Virus record (IMG/VR): IMGVR_UViG_3300045988_159816
DNA from: a virus
DNA: 64,000 nt
Strand: one strand, 5' to 3'
Each line of letters opens with the position of its first letter. Position 1 is the stretch's first letter. The notes beneath the pieces are model-generated. The model was not told the DNA's origin and did not search any database. It saw nothing but the letters and a program-made list of their open reading frames with translations. Of this stretch, positions 19,464 to 29,413 are shown piece after piece. Position numbers and translations under genes: made by a program.

Positions 19464-19838
19464 ATGGAACTTTTAGATTTACTTAAATCGCGTGATATTC
19501 GCGCTACTAAAGAAATTGAATTAAAAGGTGAACTGGCTGGTTGTAAAATTACTATTCGTCCTGTAACTACAGAAGAATGGCAATCTGCAAGGGCTCGTTC
19601 TATTAAAATTAGTAAAACTGGTGAACCTTCTGTAGATCAGATTGCAATGGGAATTTCTTTAATGATTGATGGCTGTGTAGTACCGAACTTTAGATCTACT
19701 GAAGTATTAGGTACTTTTACAGTTCCGGAAGAATTTGTTAAGTATAATTTCAAGCCAGGTGAAATTGAAAGAATTGCTAATATAATCATGCAATATTCTG
19801 GCTATAGCGAGGATGTAAATCAAACTGTAAAAAAGTAA
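19464..19838 (+). CDS. tail assembly chaperone (XkdN / gpG-like)
   Basis: Lies between the tube and tape-measure genes and ends at an A_AAA_AAG slippery site. Confidence 0.55.
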   Translation: MELLDLLKSRDIRATKEIELKGELAGCKITIRPVTTEEWQSARARSIKISKTGEPSVDQIAMGISLMIDGCVVPNFRSTEVLGTFTVPEEFVKYNFKPGEIERIANIIMQYSGYSEDVNQTVKK

Positions 19839-20013
19839 AAAAGCTTTTTTATGATAATGATTCTGATACAGTCGCAGCTTATTGGTGTTTCCGAAAGTTA
19901 GGCTGGAAACCTTCAGAATTTTTAGATTTACCGATTGATGAAAAAGCCTGTGTATTTGCTTTTTTAGAAATAGCAGCTAAACAGGCAAAAGAAGCTCAAT
20001 CACAAATAAAATA
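19829..20013 (+). other. programmed -1 frameshift site and extension (G-T-like chaperone fusion)
   Basis: Heptamer A_AAA_AAG at 19829-19835 lies just before the stop. The -1 frame stays open for 59 codons, to 20013. Confidence 0.5.
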
Positions 20014-20041
20014 ATGATTTAAAGATAAGCGAGGTAAAATC

Positions 20042-21754
20042 ATGGAAGTCAGGAACTCAATTCATTTAGATGATGGGATGTCACCTGTTCTCAGTAAGAT
20101 TTTAGCCTCGCTTCGTCTTACTTTAACGGCTTTAAATAGTACGCCGGGCGAAGCGGGTTTATTTAGGGCGGCACAACGAGATATTTCAAGAGCTAATCAA
20201 CTTTTGAATGGATTTAATAGCGAATTAAAACAATCACAAGATTTAATTCGTAATCTTGGATACCGAGATGATAATCCAATAGGTAACGTTTTTTCACGAG
20301 CAATGAATCCTTTGACTGAGTTAGTTGCTGGAGTTTATTTATTAAAATCTGCAATTGATGAAGTTGGAAGACTAACAACTCTTGGCGATAATTTAATGTT
20401 AAATCAGGCAAGATTAAATATTGTCAACGATGGATTAAGAACACAAGAAGAATTATCAAAAGCTATTTATGAATCGGCACAAAGATCCAGAGCAGATTAT
20501 TTAGCTACAAGTCGTGTTATTGGTCGTATGGGTATTCTTGCTGGACAAGCCTTTAATAATAATGATGAATTAATCGCTTTTACAGAATTAGTTAATAAAG
20601 CTTTCCTTGTTGGTGGTAGTACTCAACAAGAACAGAGAGCCGCTATGTACCAATTGACTCAAGCGATGGCATCAGGCAGACTTCAAGGTGATGAAATGCG
20701 TACCATTCGTGAATCTGCTCCCTTACTGAAAAAGGCAATTCAAAATTATATGGGTTTAGATGATGCTGCTTTTAAAGAGGCTCAAAAGAATGGTGAAATT
20801 ACAGCGGAAGTTATTAAAAATGCTGTATTTGCATCTTCAGATGAAATCCAAAATAAATTTAATGAAATTCCTATAACTTTTAGTCAAGCAATGACGATGG
20901 CAGGAAACTCCTTATTGACTAATATGGAAGACATATTTACTGGTATTAGTACAAATGGAGTTAGTATGATACAGACTCTAGTTAGTAATTTTGATATCCT
21001 TGCAGGTATACTAGGTTATATCGCTGGCGTATCACTTGTTATCTTAATTAGAAACCTAGTAGCTGCACTACCAGCTGCGGCGGCGTTGGCATTAAGTTTC
21101 ATTGCCATGAATTGGCAGGTCTTATTATTAGTTGCGGCTGTAATGGCACTGTTTAAATTATTTTTAGCTTTTCCTGAAGCGTTTGGTGTTTTAATTGGTG
21201 GTGTTAAAGCATTAGGAACAGCTTTTATGAACATGGTAAAATTAGTAGCTGATTATTTCTTAATGTTATTTAATGAAATAATTTTAAGAGGTATGAATTT
21301 TGTTCTTGATAAATTAGGTAAAGAAAAAATTCAAAATGTAGAATATTTTGGAATGGAAAGTGTTGGATTAAGTTATCTTGAAGGATACTCTAGCGGTAAA
21401 AAATGGGCAGAGGATACAGGGGTTAAATTAGATAACTTTATGACTGGAATGAAGAATACTTTCAATCCAAATACATCTGTTTTAGGCGGAACTGTTCCTA
21501 AACCAGTAACAGATCTTGATACTGTTGGCGAAGTTAAAAACATTAAAGGTGGTAAAATTAATCTTGATGACAATAGTATTCAATGGATAAAAGATGCTGG
21601 AGCTATAGAATTTGTAAATCGTTTTACAAATATGCGACCTATCTTGAAAGTTAATTTTGGGGACGTACATCAAACGGCGGATGTTAATGAAATTGCCGAC
21701 GCTATTGCAGATATGGTTGAAAATGCCGTTACAACATCTTTAGAGGGGGAATGA
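20042..21754 (+). CDS. tail tape measure protein
   Basis: 570 aa, helical with internal hydrophobic segments, after the chaperone pair. Confidence 0.7.
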   Translation: MEVRNSIHLDDGMSPVLSKILASLRLTLTALNSTPGEAGLFRAAQRDISRANQLLNGFNSELKQSQDLIRNLGYRDDNPIGNVFSRAMNPLTELVAGVYLLKSAIDEVGRLTTLGDNLMLNQARLNIVNDGLRTQEELSKAIYESAQRSRADYLATSRVIGRMGILAGQAFNNNDELIAFTELVNKAFLVGGSTQQEQRAAMYQLTQAMASGRLQGDEMRTIRESAPLLKKAIQNYMGLDDAAFKEAQKNGEITAEVIKNAVFASSDEIQNKFNEIPITFSQAMTMAGNSLLTNMEDIFTGISTNGVSMIQTLVSNFDILAGILGYIAGVSLVILIRNLVAALPAAAALALSFIAMNWQVLLLVAAVMALFKLFLAFPEAFGVLIGGVKALGTAFMNMVKLVADYFLMLFNEIILRGMNFVLDKLGKEKIQNVEYFGMESVGLSYLEGYSSGKKWAEDTGVKLDNFMTGMKNTFNPNTSVLGGTVPKPVTDLDTVGEVKNIKGGKINLDDNSIQWIKDAGAIEFVNRFTNMRPILKVNFGDVHQTADVNEIADAIADMVENAVTTSLEGE

Positions 21755-21760
21755 GTATAA

Positions 21761-22618
21761 ATGGCTGCGCAGTCTGGTAATCCCAGTGAATTAAAGACAC
21801 TTCTTGAGAGTCTTTCTCCAAATTCGGATTCTATGAGCCAAGCTAGAGGCGATGTAAAGATATTTGTAGTGTATAAAGGGGATACAATACAGATTCCAGT
21901 GAATCCAGAAAAGTTGAATATAAGAACTCCCGGAAATAATAAAACTTTTCCGATAGTTTCTTTAGGTGAAATCAATGTTCTAAAAAATCCTAAATTGACC
22001 ACTATAGGATTTAGTTGTTTTTTTCCGATTCCGGAAAGACAGAATTATCCATATGTATTGACAGGTAATTCAGAACCAACATTTTACACAGCACTTATTA
22101 AGCAAATTTTAAATAAGCAAAATAAAACTCAATTTTTACCTCCAACTTTTTATACGACATTTTTTGAAAAAATTCGTAATGGAAAAGAACCTGTAAGACT
22201 AATAATTACAGGATTACCTGTCGGGTTTAATAAATTAGTGTCTGTAGAAAAATTTGATTATGGTTACGATGAAGGTGACTATGATGTTGTTTATGATATT
22301 GAGTTTAAAGTTTATCCTATTTATGCTATTAATGGAGCTACTATTGATGAAGATGGAACAATTACCGTTGATACTGGTGAGTTAAGAACAGATGAATCCG
22401 AAAGTTTAACAATGGGCGATGAAGTAAGTGTTACAGGTACAATTTATAAAGACCCGGCTATGCAATTTGTTGATAGGTATGTAAAAAATAAAACAGGCTG
22501 TTTTGTTAATTTATTAGATTTTGATAATAATGGAGCTATTCATCTAACAGATAGTGAAGATAGATGGATTGGTTGGGTATCAGAAACAGCTGTAAATAAA
22601 GTAACAGGTATTTTATGA
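21761..22618 (+). CDS. tail or baseplate protein (XkdP-position)
   Basis: Position. Confidence 0.45.
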   Translation: MAAQSGNPSELKTLLESLSPNSDSMSQARGDVKIFVVYKGDTIQIPVNPEKLNIRTPGNNKTFPIVSLGEINVLKNPKLTTIGFSCFFPIPERQNYPYVLTGNSEPTFYTALIKQILNKQNKTQFLPPTFYTTFFEKIRNGKEPVRLIITGLPVGFNKLVSVEKFDYGYDEGDYDVVYDIEFKVYPIYAINGATIDEDGTITVDTGELRTDESESLTMGDEVSVTGTIYKDPAMQFVDRYVKNKTGCFVNLLDFDNNGAIHLTDSEDRWIGWVSETAVNKVTGIL

Positions 22619-23607
22619 TGAAAATATTATTAGCAGTTGAAACTCCAGATAATAAAATATTTGAAATATCTGAAGTAGTTTATGATATATCATGGACTAC
22701 TACATTACTTGAACAGCCGGGAAAATTAAAATTTTCTATTCCAAGTAATGTTGAATTGGTATTAGATTTTGCAACAACTGTTAATTTAATGGTTGATGAA
22801 GTACCAGTCTTTTATGGATATGTAGTTAATATGAATTGTACTGAAGATACCATTATTTATGAAGCAGTAGATCAAATGTTTTATCTAAAAAATAAAGAAT
22901 CCTATGTATTTTCTGGAAAAACAGCCACTCAAATATTTAAAGCGATCTGTGATGACTGGAAATTTACCTATAAAATTGTAGATGAATGTAATTGGCAGGT
23001 ATCTACAAGAGTTCATGATGGAAAATCTTTATACTCGATAATTGCTTATGGTTATGATGAAGCTTTGGTAAATACTCAAAACTGGTTTATTATTCGAGAT
23101 AATTATGGAACATTGGAACAAATCAGTTTATTATCCCTTAAAACAAATTATTATATTTCTGATGACTTAAATGTTACCAACTTTAATTACCGAAAAAGTA
23201 TTGACAGAGATTCGTATAATCGGGTAAAATTAGTACAAGATAACACCAAAGAAGGTGTTAGAAAAGTATATGTTGCTCAAGATGATGAGAATCAACGAAA
23301 ATGGGGTATTTTACAATATTATGAAAAAGTTGATAAAAATGCAACAGAAAATCAAATAAAAGAACGTGGTAACGCTCTATTAAAAATTAAGAACAGAGAA
23401 TTAAAAACAATTAAAATTCAGTGTGTTGGTTTACCACATAATTTTAGAGCTGGGCACTGGTTATTTGTTGCATTAAATCCTTTAACAAAAGCAGGTTTTG
23501 TAAATAATCAAGAATATATTGTTGTTGATTGTACACATCAGTGGAAAAATAATGAGCATACTATTAGTTTAAATCTTAACGAATACAGTTTAAATGTAGG
23601 TGGTTAA
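22615..23607 (+). CDS. baseplate hub-like protein (XkdQ-position)
   Basis: Position. Confidence 0.45.
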   Translation: MMKILLAVETPDNKIFEISEVVYDISWTTTLLEQPGKLKFSIPSNVELVLDFATTVNLMVDEVPVFYGYVVNMNCTEDTIIYEAVDQMFYLKNKESYVFSGKTATQIFKAICDDWKFTYKIVDECNWQVSTRVHDGKSLYSIIAYGYDEALVNTQNWFIIRDNYGTLEQISLLSLKTNYYISDDLNVTNFNYRKSIDRDSYNRVKLVQDNTKEGVRKVYVAQDDENQRKWGILQYYEKVDKNATENQIKERGNALLKIKNRELKTIKIQCVGLPHNFRAGHWLFVALNPLTKAGFVNNQEYIVVDCTHQWKNNEHTISLNLNEYSLNVGG

Positions 23608-24004
23608 TGTGGCAGAAAGCACAGCAGGATTCAGATTAGTTAGTATTACAAGAAAAATGATTAAACAAAAAGCACAGAGTACTGATGTGGCTGATTGTGT
23701 GTATGGTACAGTTCTTTCTGTAGCTCCATTAAGTGTGCAATTAGACACAAGAACAACTTTACAGGAAGCTCAATTAGTTGTCGGTGCTCTATGTAAAGAA
23801 ACCATTATTAAGATTCCTTTTCCGGAAAAAGGTCAAATTAAACACAAACATCAGGCAATTCACAATGGTATGCACAATACGACAATGGAATTGCCTGAAA
23901 TTCAATTGTGGCGAGGTTTAAATACTGGAGATCGTGTTATTTTGCAAAGATTTAATAATGGTCAAAAGTATTTAATCTTGCAAAGAGTGGAGGGAATACC
24001 TTGA
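23600..24004 (+). CDS. baseplate protein (XkdR-position)
   Basis: Position. Confidence 0.4.
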   Translation: MVNVAESTAGFRLVSITRKMIKQKAQSTDVADCVYGTVLSVAPLSVQLDTRTTLQEAQLVVGALCKETIIKIPFPEKGQIKHKHQAIHNGMHNTTMELPEIQLWRGLNTGDRVILQRFNNGQKYLILQRVEGIP

Positions 24005-24402
24005 TACCGTCAAATCGTAACCTTATTGTTACTCAAATTGGACAAAATGAAGTTACAAGAACTTATAAAGTTGATTCTTATAATAAAAGAATTATTGGAA
24101 CAACTGATGGACAGCCTGCAATTGAACAAGCAATTTTAAAAAATTTTGATACAGAAAGATTTGCTTATGTTATTTATTCTAAAAATTATGGTATTGAATT
24201 AGAAAAATACATTGGTAAAGATTATGATTTTATTCGTTCAGATTTGCAAAGGGCAATAGAGGAATGTTTATTAGTTGATGCAAGAATTTATTCTATTAAT
24301 AATTTACAATTTACTCAAGAAGGTCTGGATTATATGTCAATTACAATGGATATAGAAACAGAACAAGGTGTTTTGACTACAACTTTAGAGGTGAAAAAAT
24401 GA
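24001..24402 (+). CDS. baseplate wedge protein, gpW/gp25-like (XkdS-position)
   Basis: Position and size. Confidence 0.45.
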   Translation: MIPSNRNLIVTQIGQNEVTRTYKVDSYNKRIIGTTDGQPAIEQAILKNFDTERFAYVIYSKNYGIELEKYIGKDYDFIRSDLQRAIEECLLVDARIYSINNLQFTQEGLDYMSITMDIETEQGVLTTTLEVKK

Positions 24403-25571
24403 ATGCACTTTCAACCTATTTAGAAAAATATTCATATGATTATATTTTATCTGAAGCACTAAAACAAGTTCCGGACACTGTGGATAAACGTGAAGGTGCT
24501 ATTATTCGAGATGCTTTGGCTCCTTGTTGTTATGAGGCAGCGAAGGCTATTTTGTATCTTGCAGATATTATCGAACAAACTTATGTAGCAACTGCAAATG
24601 GACTTTGGCTGGATGGTCGTGTTTTAGAGGGTGGAATTACTCGAGATCCTGCTACATATTCTAAAAATTTAGGTGTTTTTAAAGATCAATTAGGTAATCC
24701 TGTTCAAATTTCTATCGGACAAACTTTCTCGACTGTAGGAGATACCATTTTAAATTATGTTTGTGTACAGGTTTATGTGGATGAAAATGGGGATGTAGTT
24801 CCCGGAAGTTATGTATTACAATGTAATACTATAGGGTCTGTTGGTAATAGTTATATAGGTAGAATCGTTCCTAATGATTATATTGAAAAACTTGCTAGCG
24901 CTGAAATAACAAGTTTATTATATCCCGGCGAAGAAGAAGAAACAGATGAATCTTTACGTGAACGATATTTAGGTAATATGTTAAAAACAGCTTTTGGTGG
25001 TAATGTTGCACAGTATAGACAATGGGCAAAAGAAATTGCAGGTATTGGTGGAGTTCAGGTTTATCCTGTTTGGGCAGGTGGTGGAACAGTTAAATTGAGT
25101 ATTATTGATACGGATTATAATCCGGCTTCTACAGAATTTTGTCAAACTATTTTAGAAATGTTTGATCCAGAAAATTCCGGAGTAGAAAATACTCGTGGAT
25201 TAGGTTTAGGTATCGCTCCAATAGATCATAAAATGACAATATCAACTCCTTTACCAAGAACTATCAATGTATCTGGAAAAATCACATTATTACCCGGATA
25301 TAAATTAGAAACACTATTACCTAAAATTAAAGAATCTATTTCTAATTATCTATTAATGTTAAGACAACATTGGGAAGATAGTGACGAACAAAATAATTAT
25401 TCAGTTATTGTATATTTGGGCAGAATTACAGTTGCTATTTTAAGTGTTGAAGGTGTATCAAGTGCTTATGAATTAAAACTTAATGATACTGATACTGATG
25501 TTGTTTTAACAGAAACAAGTTCTTTACAGGAAGTTCCTGTTTTAGGGTCGGTGAATTTCATTGAACAATAA
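24399..25571 (+). CDS. baseplate J-like protein (XkdT-position)
   Basis: 390 aa at the expected position. Confidence 0.6.
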   Translation: MNALSTYLEKYSYDYILSEALKQVPDTVDKREGAIIRDALAPCCYEAAKAILYLADIIEQTYVATANGLWLDGRVLEGGITRDPATYSKNLGVFKDQLGNPVQISIGQTFSTVGDTILNYVCVQVYVDENGDVVPGSYVLQCNTIGSVGNSYIGRIVPNDYIEKLASAEITSLLYPGEEEETDESLRERYLGNMLKTAFGGNVAQYRQWAKEIAGIGGVQVYPVWAGGGTVKLSIIDTDYNPASTEFCQTILEMFDPENSGVENTRGLGLGIAPIDHKMTISTPLPRTINVSGKITLLPGYKLETLLPKIKESISNYLLMLRQHWEDSDEQNNYSVIVYLGRITVAILSVEGVSSAYELKLNDTDTDVVLTETSSLQEVPVLGSVNFIEQ

Positions 25572-26490
25572 AATTTATAATCGAACTGGGTTATATAGGA
25601 CAAGAATTGGTCGTTATTTTCCAAAATATTATGAAGGTATTTTGGAAACAGATGAACTAATTAAAGTTGAAAATGATATTTGGAATAACATTTATAATTT
25701 GATTGTAAAAGCTAAAAGAAATCAATTTATTGCTTATGCAGATGAAGATGGAATTTATGCTTATGAACAATTATTCCAAATAGTTTCAGATCCCACTACT
25801 GAAACATTAGAAGAAAGAAGATTTAGACTACTTAATAGAGTACAAACATTGTCTTATTATACAATGAATTTTCTTCGCGAAAAATTAGATAATTTATTTG
25901 GCGTGGATAATTATGAAATCCAAATGGATTATCCAAATAGAACATTATATGTCAAGAGTAATTTTTCAAATTATTTTGTTTACAATGAAACGATTGCATT
26001 AATTCACAAAATAAGACCAGCCAATATGGTTTTTGTTAATGTACCTTTAATTCCGTCAACAGTTGAAGTTGGAGAAGAAATCTATCAACAAAAATGGTGG
26101 TGGAATTATATTTTAGGTGGTAAATGGAAAGTCGGTGAAAAACCGATTATTAGTGTACAGGAATTGGCTAAATTAAAATCAGAGGAGGTACAATCCTTGA
26201 CGCCTTTAATGCTTAATAAATTAAAAGAATTTACAGCAGAAACAATTCAAGCTGTGCTAATCAATGATACCTATAAGGTAACAACATTCGTTCAAAAAAT
26301 TATTACTGGTGGGTATTTAAGAATCCAGTATAATATTGAAAATTGGGAACAAATAAAATTAATTACTAATATTAAATTTTTAGACGCTGAAGGATTTATT
26401 TTATCAAATAATGCTGTGTATATTCCAGTGGCTTCAGATACAATGATTGAACACAGAATTAATATTCGGGAGGTTACTTCAAATGGCTAA
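25561..26490 (+). CDS. tail protein (XkdU-position)
   Basis: Position. Confidence 0.4.
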   Translation: MNNKIYNRTGLYRTRIGRYFPKYYEGILETDELIKVENDIWNNIYNLIVKAKRNQFIAYADEDGIYAYEQLFQIVSDPTTETLEERRFRLLNRVQTLSYYTMNFLREKLDNLFGVDNYEIQMDYPNRTLYVKSNFSNYFVYNETIALIHKIRPANMVFVNVPLIPSTVEVGEEIYQQKWWWNYILGGKWKVGEKPIISVQELAKLKSEEVQSLTPLMLNKLKEFTAETIQAVLINDTYKVTTFVQKIITGGYLRIQYNIENWEQIKLITNIKFLDAEGFILSNNAVYIPVASDTMIEHRINIREVTSNG

Positions 26491-27391
26491 TATTATAATG
26501 CAAATTACTGATTACATTGCTCATTTATGGCATAACACATCTGATGATATTGTAATGGCTGAAAATATTAATGGTTGGGAAGATACATTACAACAACATT
26601 CACAATTCTTAAAAAGATTTTCTTGGCAACCGAATACTACTTATCTAAAAAATTCAGTATTACTTTATCCATTCGGATTACATACTAAATTAGTATCTAA
26701 AAACGCTGGTACAAGTGGCAGCGTTGAGCCTACATGGTCAGAGGCTACAGGGGTAGAAGGTTCAAGAACAATTCAGGATAATGATATTGTTTGGGAAGAA
26801 CAACCTATTCAAATATCTTCAGATACTACACCAGTGGGAACCATTAAACAGCAGCTCTGGAACTCAGCACCTCCTGGATATTTAAAACTTGATAAAAGTG
26901 TAATTCTAAATAGATCCGAATATCCGGAATTGTGGGATTTTGTTCAAAAATATATGCCTTTAACTACAGAGGTTGAATGGCAAAAGATGTTGACTCAAAA
27001 TGGGACTTCCGTTGGTTTCTTTTCACAAGGCGACGGCTCTACTACTTTTAGAACACCAATTATGATAGATTTTGGTCGTGGTGGCTCCTCTGCTGGTGCT
27101 TTCTTTAAAGACCAAAATAAACTCCATAACCATACGGCTAATATTGATACTACCCCCGCACAGGGTAGCTTCAGGTTGTGGAAATTTGATCCTGCCGCTA
27201 CTGGTGTATTCTCATCAAGTTATTTAGGAAGATGGGCAAACAGTAAAAACGGCGGTGATGATGCAATGTATCAAATTAATTTTAATCTTGCAAATGCTTT
27301 AAATAACATTACAATCGCTTCTTCGGGAGGATCTGAAGGGTATCCGAAACACGTTACAATGCCATTTTACTTGAGAACTTTAAATATTTAA
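26483..27391 (+). CDS. tail fiber protein with a tail-collar domain, and a C-terminus encoded in an invertible segment
   Basis: Collar motif FFSQGDGSTTFRTP. The last 86 codons lie between perfect inverted repeats. Confidence 0.7.
   Translation: MANIIMQITDYIAHLWHNTSDDIVMAENINGWEDTLQQHSQFLKRFSWQPNTTYLKNSVLLYPFGLHTKLVSKNAGTSGSVEPTWSEATGVEGSRTIQDNDIVWEEQPIQISSDTTPVGTIKQQLWNSAPPGYLKLDKSVILNRSEYPELWDFVQKYMPLTTEVEWQKMLTQNGTSVGFFSQGDGSTTFRTPIMIDFGRGGSSAGAFFKDQNKLHNHTANIDTTPAQGSFRLWKFDPAATGVFSSSYLGRWANSKNGGDDAMYQINFNLANALNNITIASSGGSEGYPKHVTMPFYLRTLNI
27099..27132. repeat. left inverted repeat (34 bp) inside the tail fiber gene
   Basis: ctttctttaaagaccaaaataaactccataacca. Its exact reverse complement lies at 27642-27675. 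Confidence 0.85.
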
Positions 27392-27641
27392 TGTTCTTAA
27401 ATAGTAAGGCATAATGATATGTTTAGGATAGGCTTCTGATCCACCACTATCACTCATGTTTAAATCGTGGGAGTGTGTACCATTAAAGTTGACAACTTCA
27501 CGAGCATCACCTTTATGAGCACAACTACCAGCCCATTGACCAGTTCTGGAAAATACTCCTGTTGTTCGACCTGAATCTTGTCCAACTTGTTGAGCTGCAA
27601 TAAAACTACCTGTTAAACTTTTAGATTGGATGCTTCCAGAG
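27133..27641. mobile_element. putative invertible segment carrying two alternative, convergent tail-fiber C-terminal cassettes (Mu G-segment-like)
   Basis: The minus strand read inward from 27641 is an 87-codon frame in phase with the left repeat. It ends ...YPKHIIMPYYLRTLNI*, against the forward ...YPKHVTMPFYLRTLNI*. The two cassettes meet at the palindrome ttaaatatttaa. Confidence 0.65.
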
Positions 27642-27675
27642 TGGTTATGGAGTTTATTTTGGTCTTTAAAGAAAG
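27642..27675. repeat. right inverted repeat (34 bp)
   Basis: tggttatggagtttattttggtctttaaagaaag, the reverse complement of 27099-27132. It overlaps the RBS of the next gene. Confidence 0.85.
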
Positions 27676-27684
27676 GAGTATAAA

Positions 27685-28869
27685 GTGATTAAATTTAGAA
27701 TATTCAATCAACGATTAAGTTATTATGGAGATTCTGAAGTAGTTGCAGATAGTAAAGGATATTTAACATTTACACTTGAAACCTCTGAAGATTGGGCTAA
27801 TTATGTAGGTAAGACTGTACAATTTACAAGGGACGGAAAAACTTACAGTGTAACCAATATTTCAGACGGCGTAGAGTATGTTGTTCCTTGGGAAGTCCTT
27901 GTTGGTGCAGGAGTAATGCAAGTAAATGCGTTCGCTGTATCAATGGTGGGAAGTAAAAGAGCAACTACAAATGAAATCCAAATAGAGGTTATAGACAGTG
28001 GATTTAATCCGGACGATCTAGAACCAACAGATCCAACTCCTGATATTTTTGAACAGTATGTTCAACAAGTTCAGGAAAATGCAGATAAAGCAGAACAAGC
28101 GGCTAAAGATGCAAAAGATTCTGCGGATACTGCGCAAGAATTAAAAAACAAAATTGATACTATTTATCAAAATGTTAAAGATATTAAGAGTGACATAGAA
28201 GATTTATTAGAACAAGTACAGAATTACGCTAATAATGCCTATCAATATGCAGAAGCCGCTAAATTATCTGCACAACAAGCTTCAAAATCTGAAACAGAAG
28301 CAGGTCGATATGCAGGCGAAGCAAAGGTATTTTCTCAAAATGCTAAAGAATCAGAAAATAATGCTAAAATCAGCGCAGATTCTGCTAAAGAATCAGAAAA
28401 TAATGCTAAAATCAGCGCAGATTCTGCTAAAGGTAATGCAGAATTAGTCTTAGCGACTAAAGAAGAGATAGATACTATTTATGCAAATATCGAAATAATT
28501 AAAGCGGATATTGATAATAAGTATACACAAATTAATTCACAAGCAGATTCAATAAATTCGATGTATACTCAAATACAAGAATGGTATAATTCTTTTTTAC
28601 AATCAGCTTCTTATATAAATTTTACAGATGAAGTTTCTGAAGATTTATGGAATGCAGACGAAAATGATTATACTCTATCTCTTGATACATCAGGAAGGGC
28701 TATTTTAAATATTCAAATGTTGGATACGAATGGATTATACACAAGAAGTCCTTTTGTAGATATGGAATTTCCTGATGACGTTAGTGTAACAATCAGGGCT
28801 ATTGCTCCTTTTACTGGTAGACTATGCTTATACGAATTAATGAAAGGAAGCGAAACTAATGCTCAATAA
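27685..28869 (+). CDS. tail fiber protein
   Basis: 394 aa, GTG start after GAAAGGAG, containing a tandem 14-aa repeat. Confidence 0.6.
   Translation: MIKFRIFNQRLSYYGDSEVVADSKGYLTFTLETSEDWANYVGKTVQFTRDGKTYSVTNISDGVEYVVPWEVLVGAGVMQVNAFAVSMVGSKRATTNEIQIEVIDSGFNPDDLEPTDPTPDIFEQYVQQVQENADKAEQAAKDAKDSADTAQELKNKIDTIYQNVKDIKSDIEDLLEQVQNYANNAYQYAEAAKLSAQQASKSETEAGRYAGEAKVFSQNAKESENNAKISADSAKESENNAKISADSAKGNAELVLATKEEIDTIYANIEIIKADIDNKYTQINSQADSINSMYTQIQEWYNSFLQSASYINFTDEVSEDLWNADENDYTLSLDTSGRAILNIQMLDTNGLYTRSPFVDMEFPDDVSVTIRAIAPFTGRLCLYELMKGSETNAQ
28342..28425 (+). repeat. perfect 42-bp tandem duplication inside the tail fiber gene
   Basis: The unit gctaaagaatcagaaaataatgctaaaatcagcgcagattct occurs twice, encoding AKESENNAKISADS twice. 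Confidence 0.8.
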
Positions 28870-29413
28870 AATTAGTCAAGTTATTTCTGGATTATCCCTA
28901 ATCAAATTTATTAATTCTGTTATAGATGGCATAAACGCTCATTTATCTGATTATAATAATCCTCATAAAGTAACAGCGGCTCAATTAGGTTTATCTAATG
29001 CGTATAAATATAAGGGTAGTGTTGAAACTTATGAGGATTTACCAACATCAGCTGAAAGTGGTGATGTTTATAATGTTGTTAAAGGTGATAAAGAACAAGG
29101 TATTGCAGATGGAGCAAATTTTGCTTGGGACGGTACTAAATGGGATAATTTAGGCGGGTTATTAACTGGTACAGGTGCAATTAGGGTTGAATTTGTGGCT
29201 GCAAGTTGGCAAATTAATTCTTCCACTAATTTATATGAACTTCCATTAAATCTTTTTGAACAAGTGGAAAGTGTTGGTGTTTTAAGTGTTGAGGCTGTTG
29301 AAAATAATGAAAGACATAGCGTTTTAATCGACACTATTGGGAATAAAGTAGTTGCTTTAAATGCTTTTGATGGTGCTATTTATTATACAACTTTTCGGGA
29401 GGTAACACAATGA
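28859..29413 (+). CDS. hypothetical tail fiber-associated protein
   Basis: ORF between two fiber genes. Confidence 0.5.
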   Translation: MLNKISQVISGLSLIKFINSVIDGINAHLSDYNNPHKVTAAQLGLSNAYKYKGSVETYEDLPTSAESGDVYNVVKGDKEQGIADGANFAWDGTKWDNLGGLLTGTGAIRVEFVAASWQINSSTNLYELPLNLFEQVESVGVLSVEAVENNERHSVLIDTIGNKVVALNAFDGAIYYTTFREVTQ

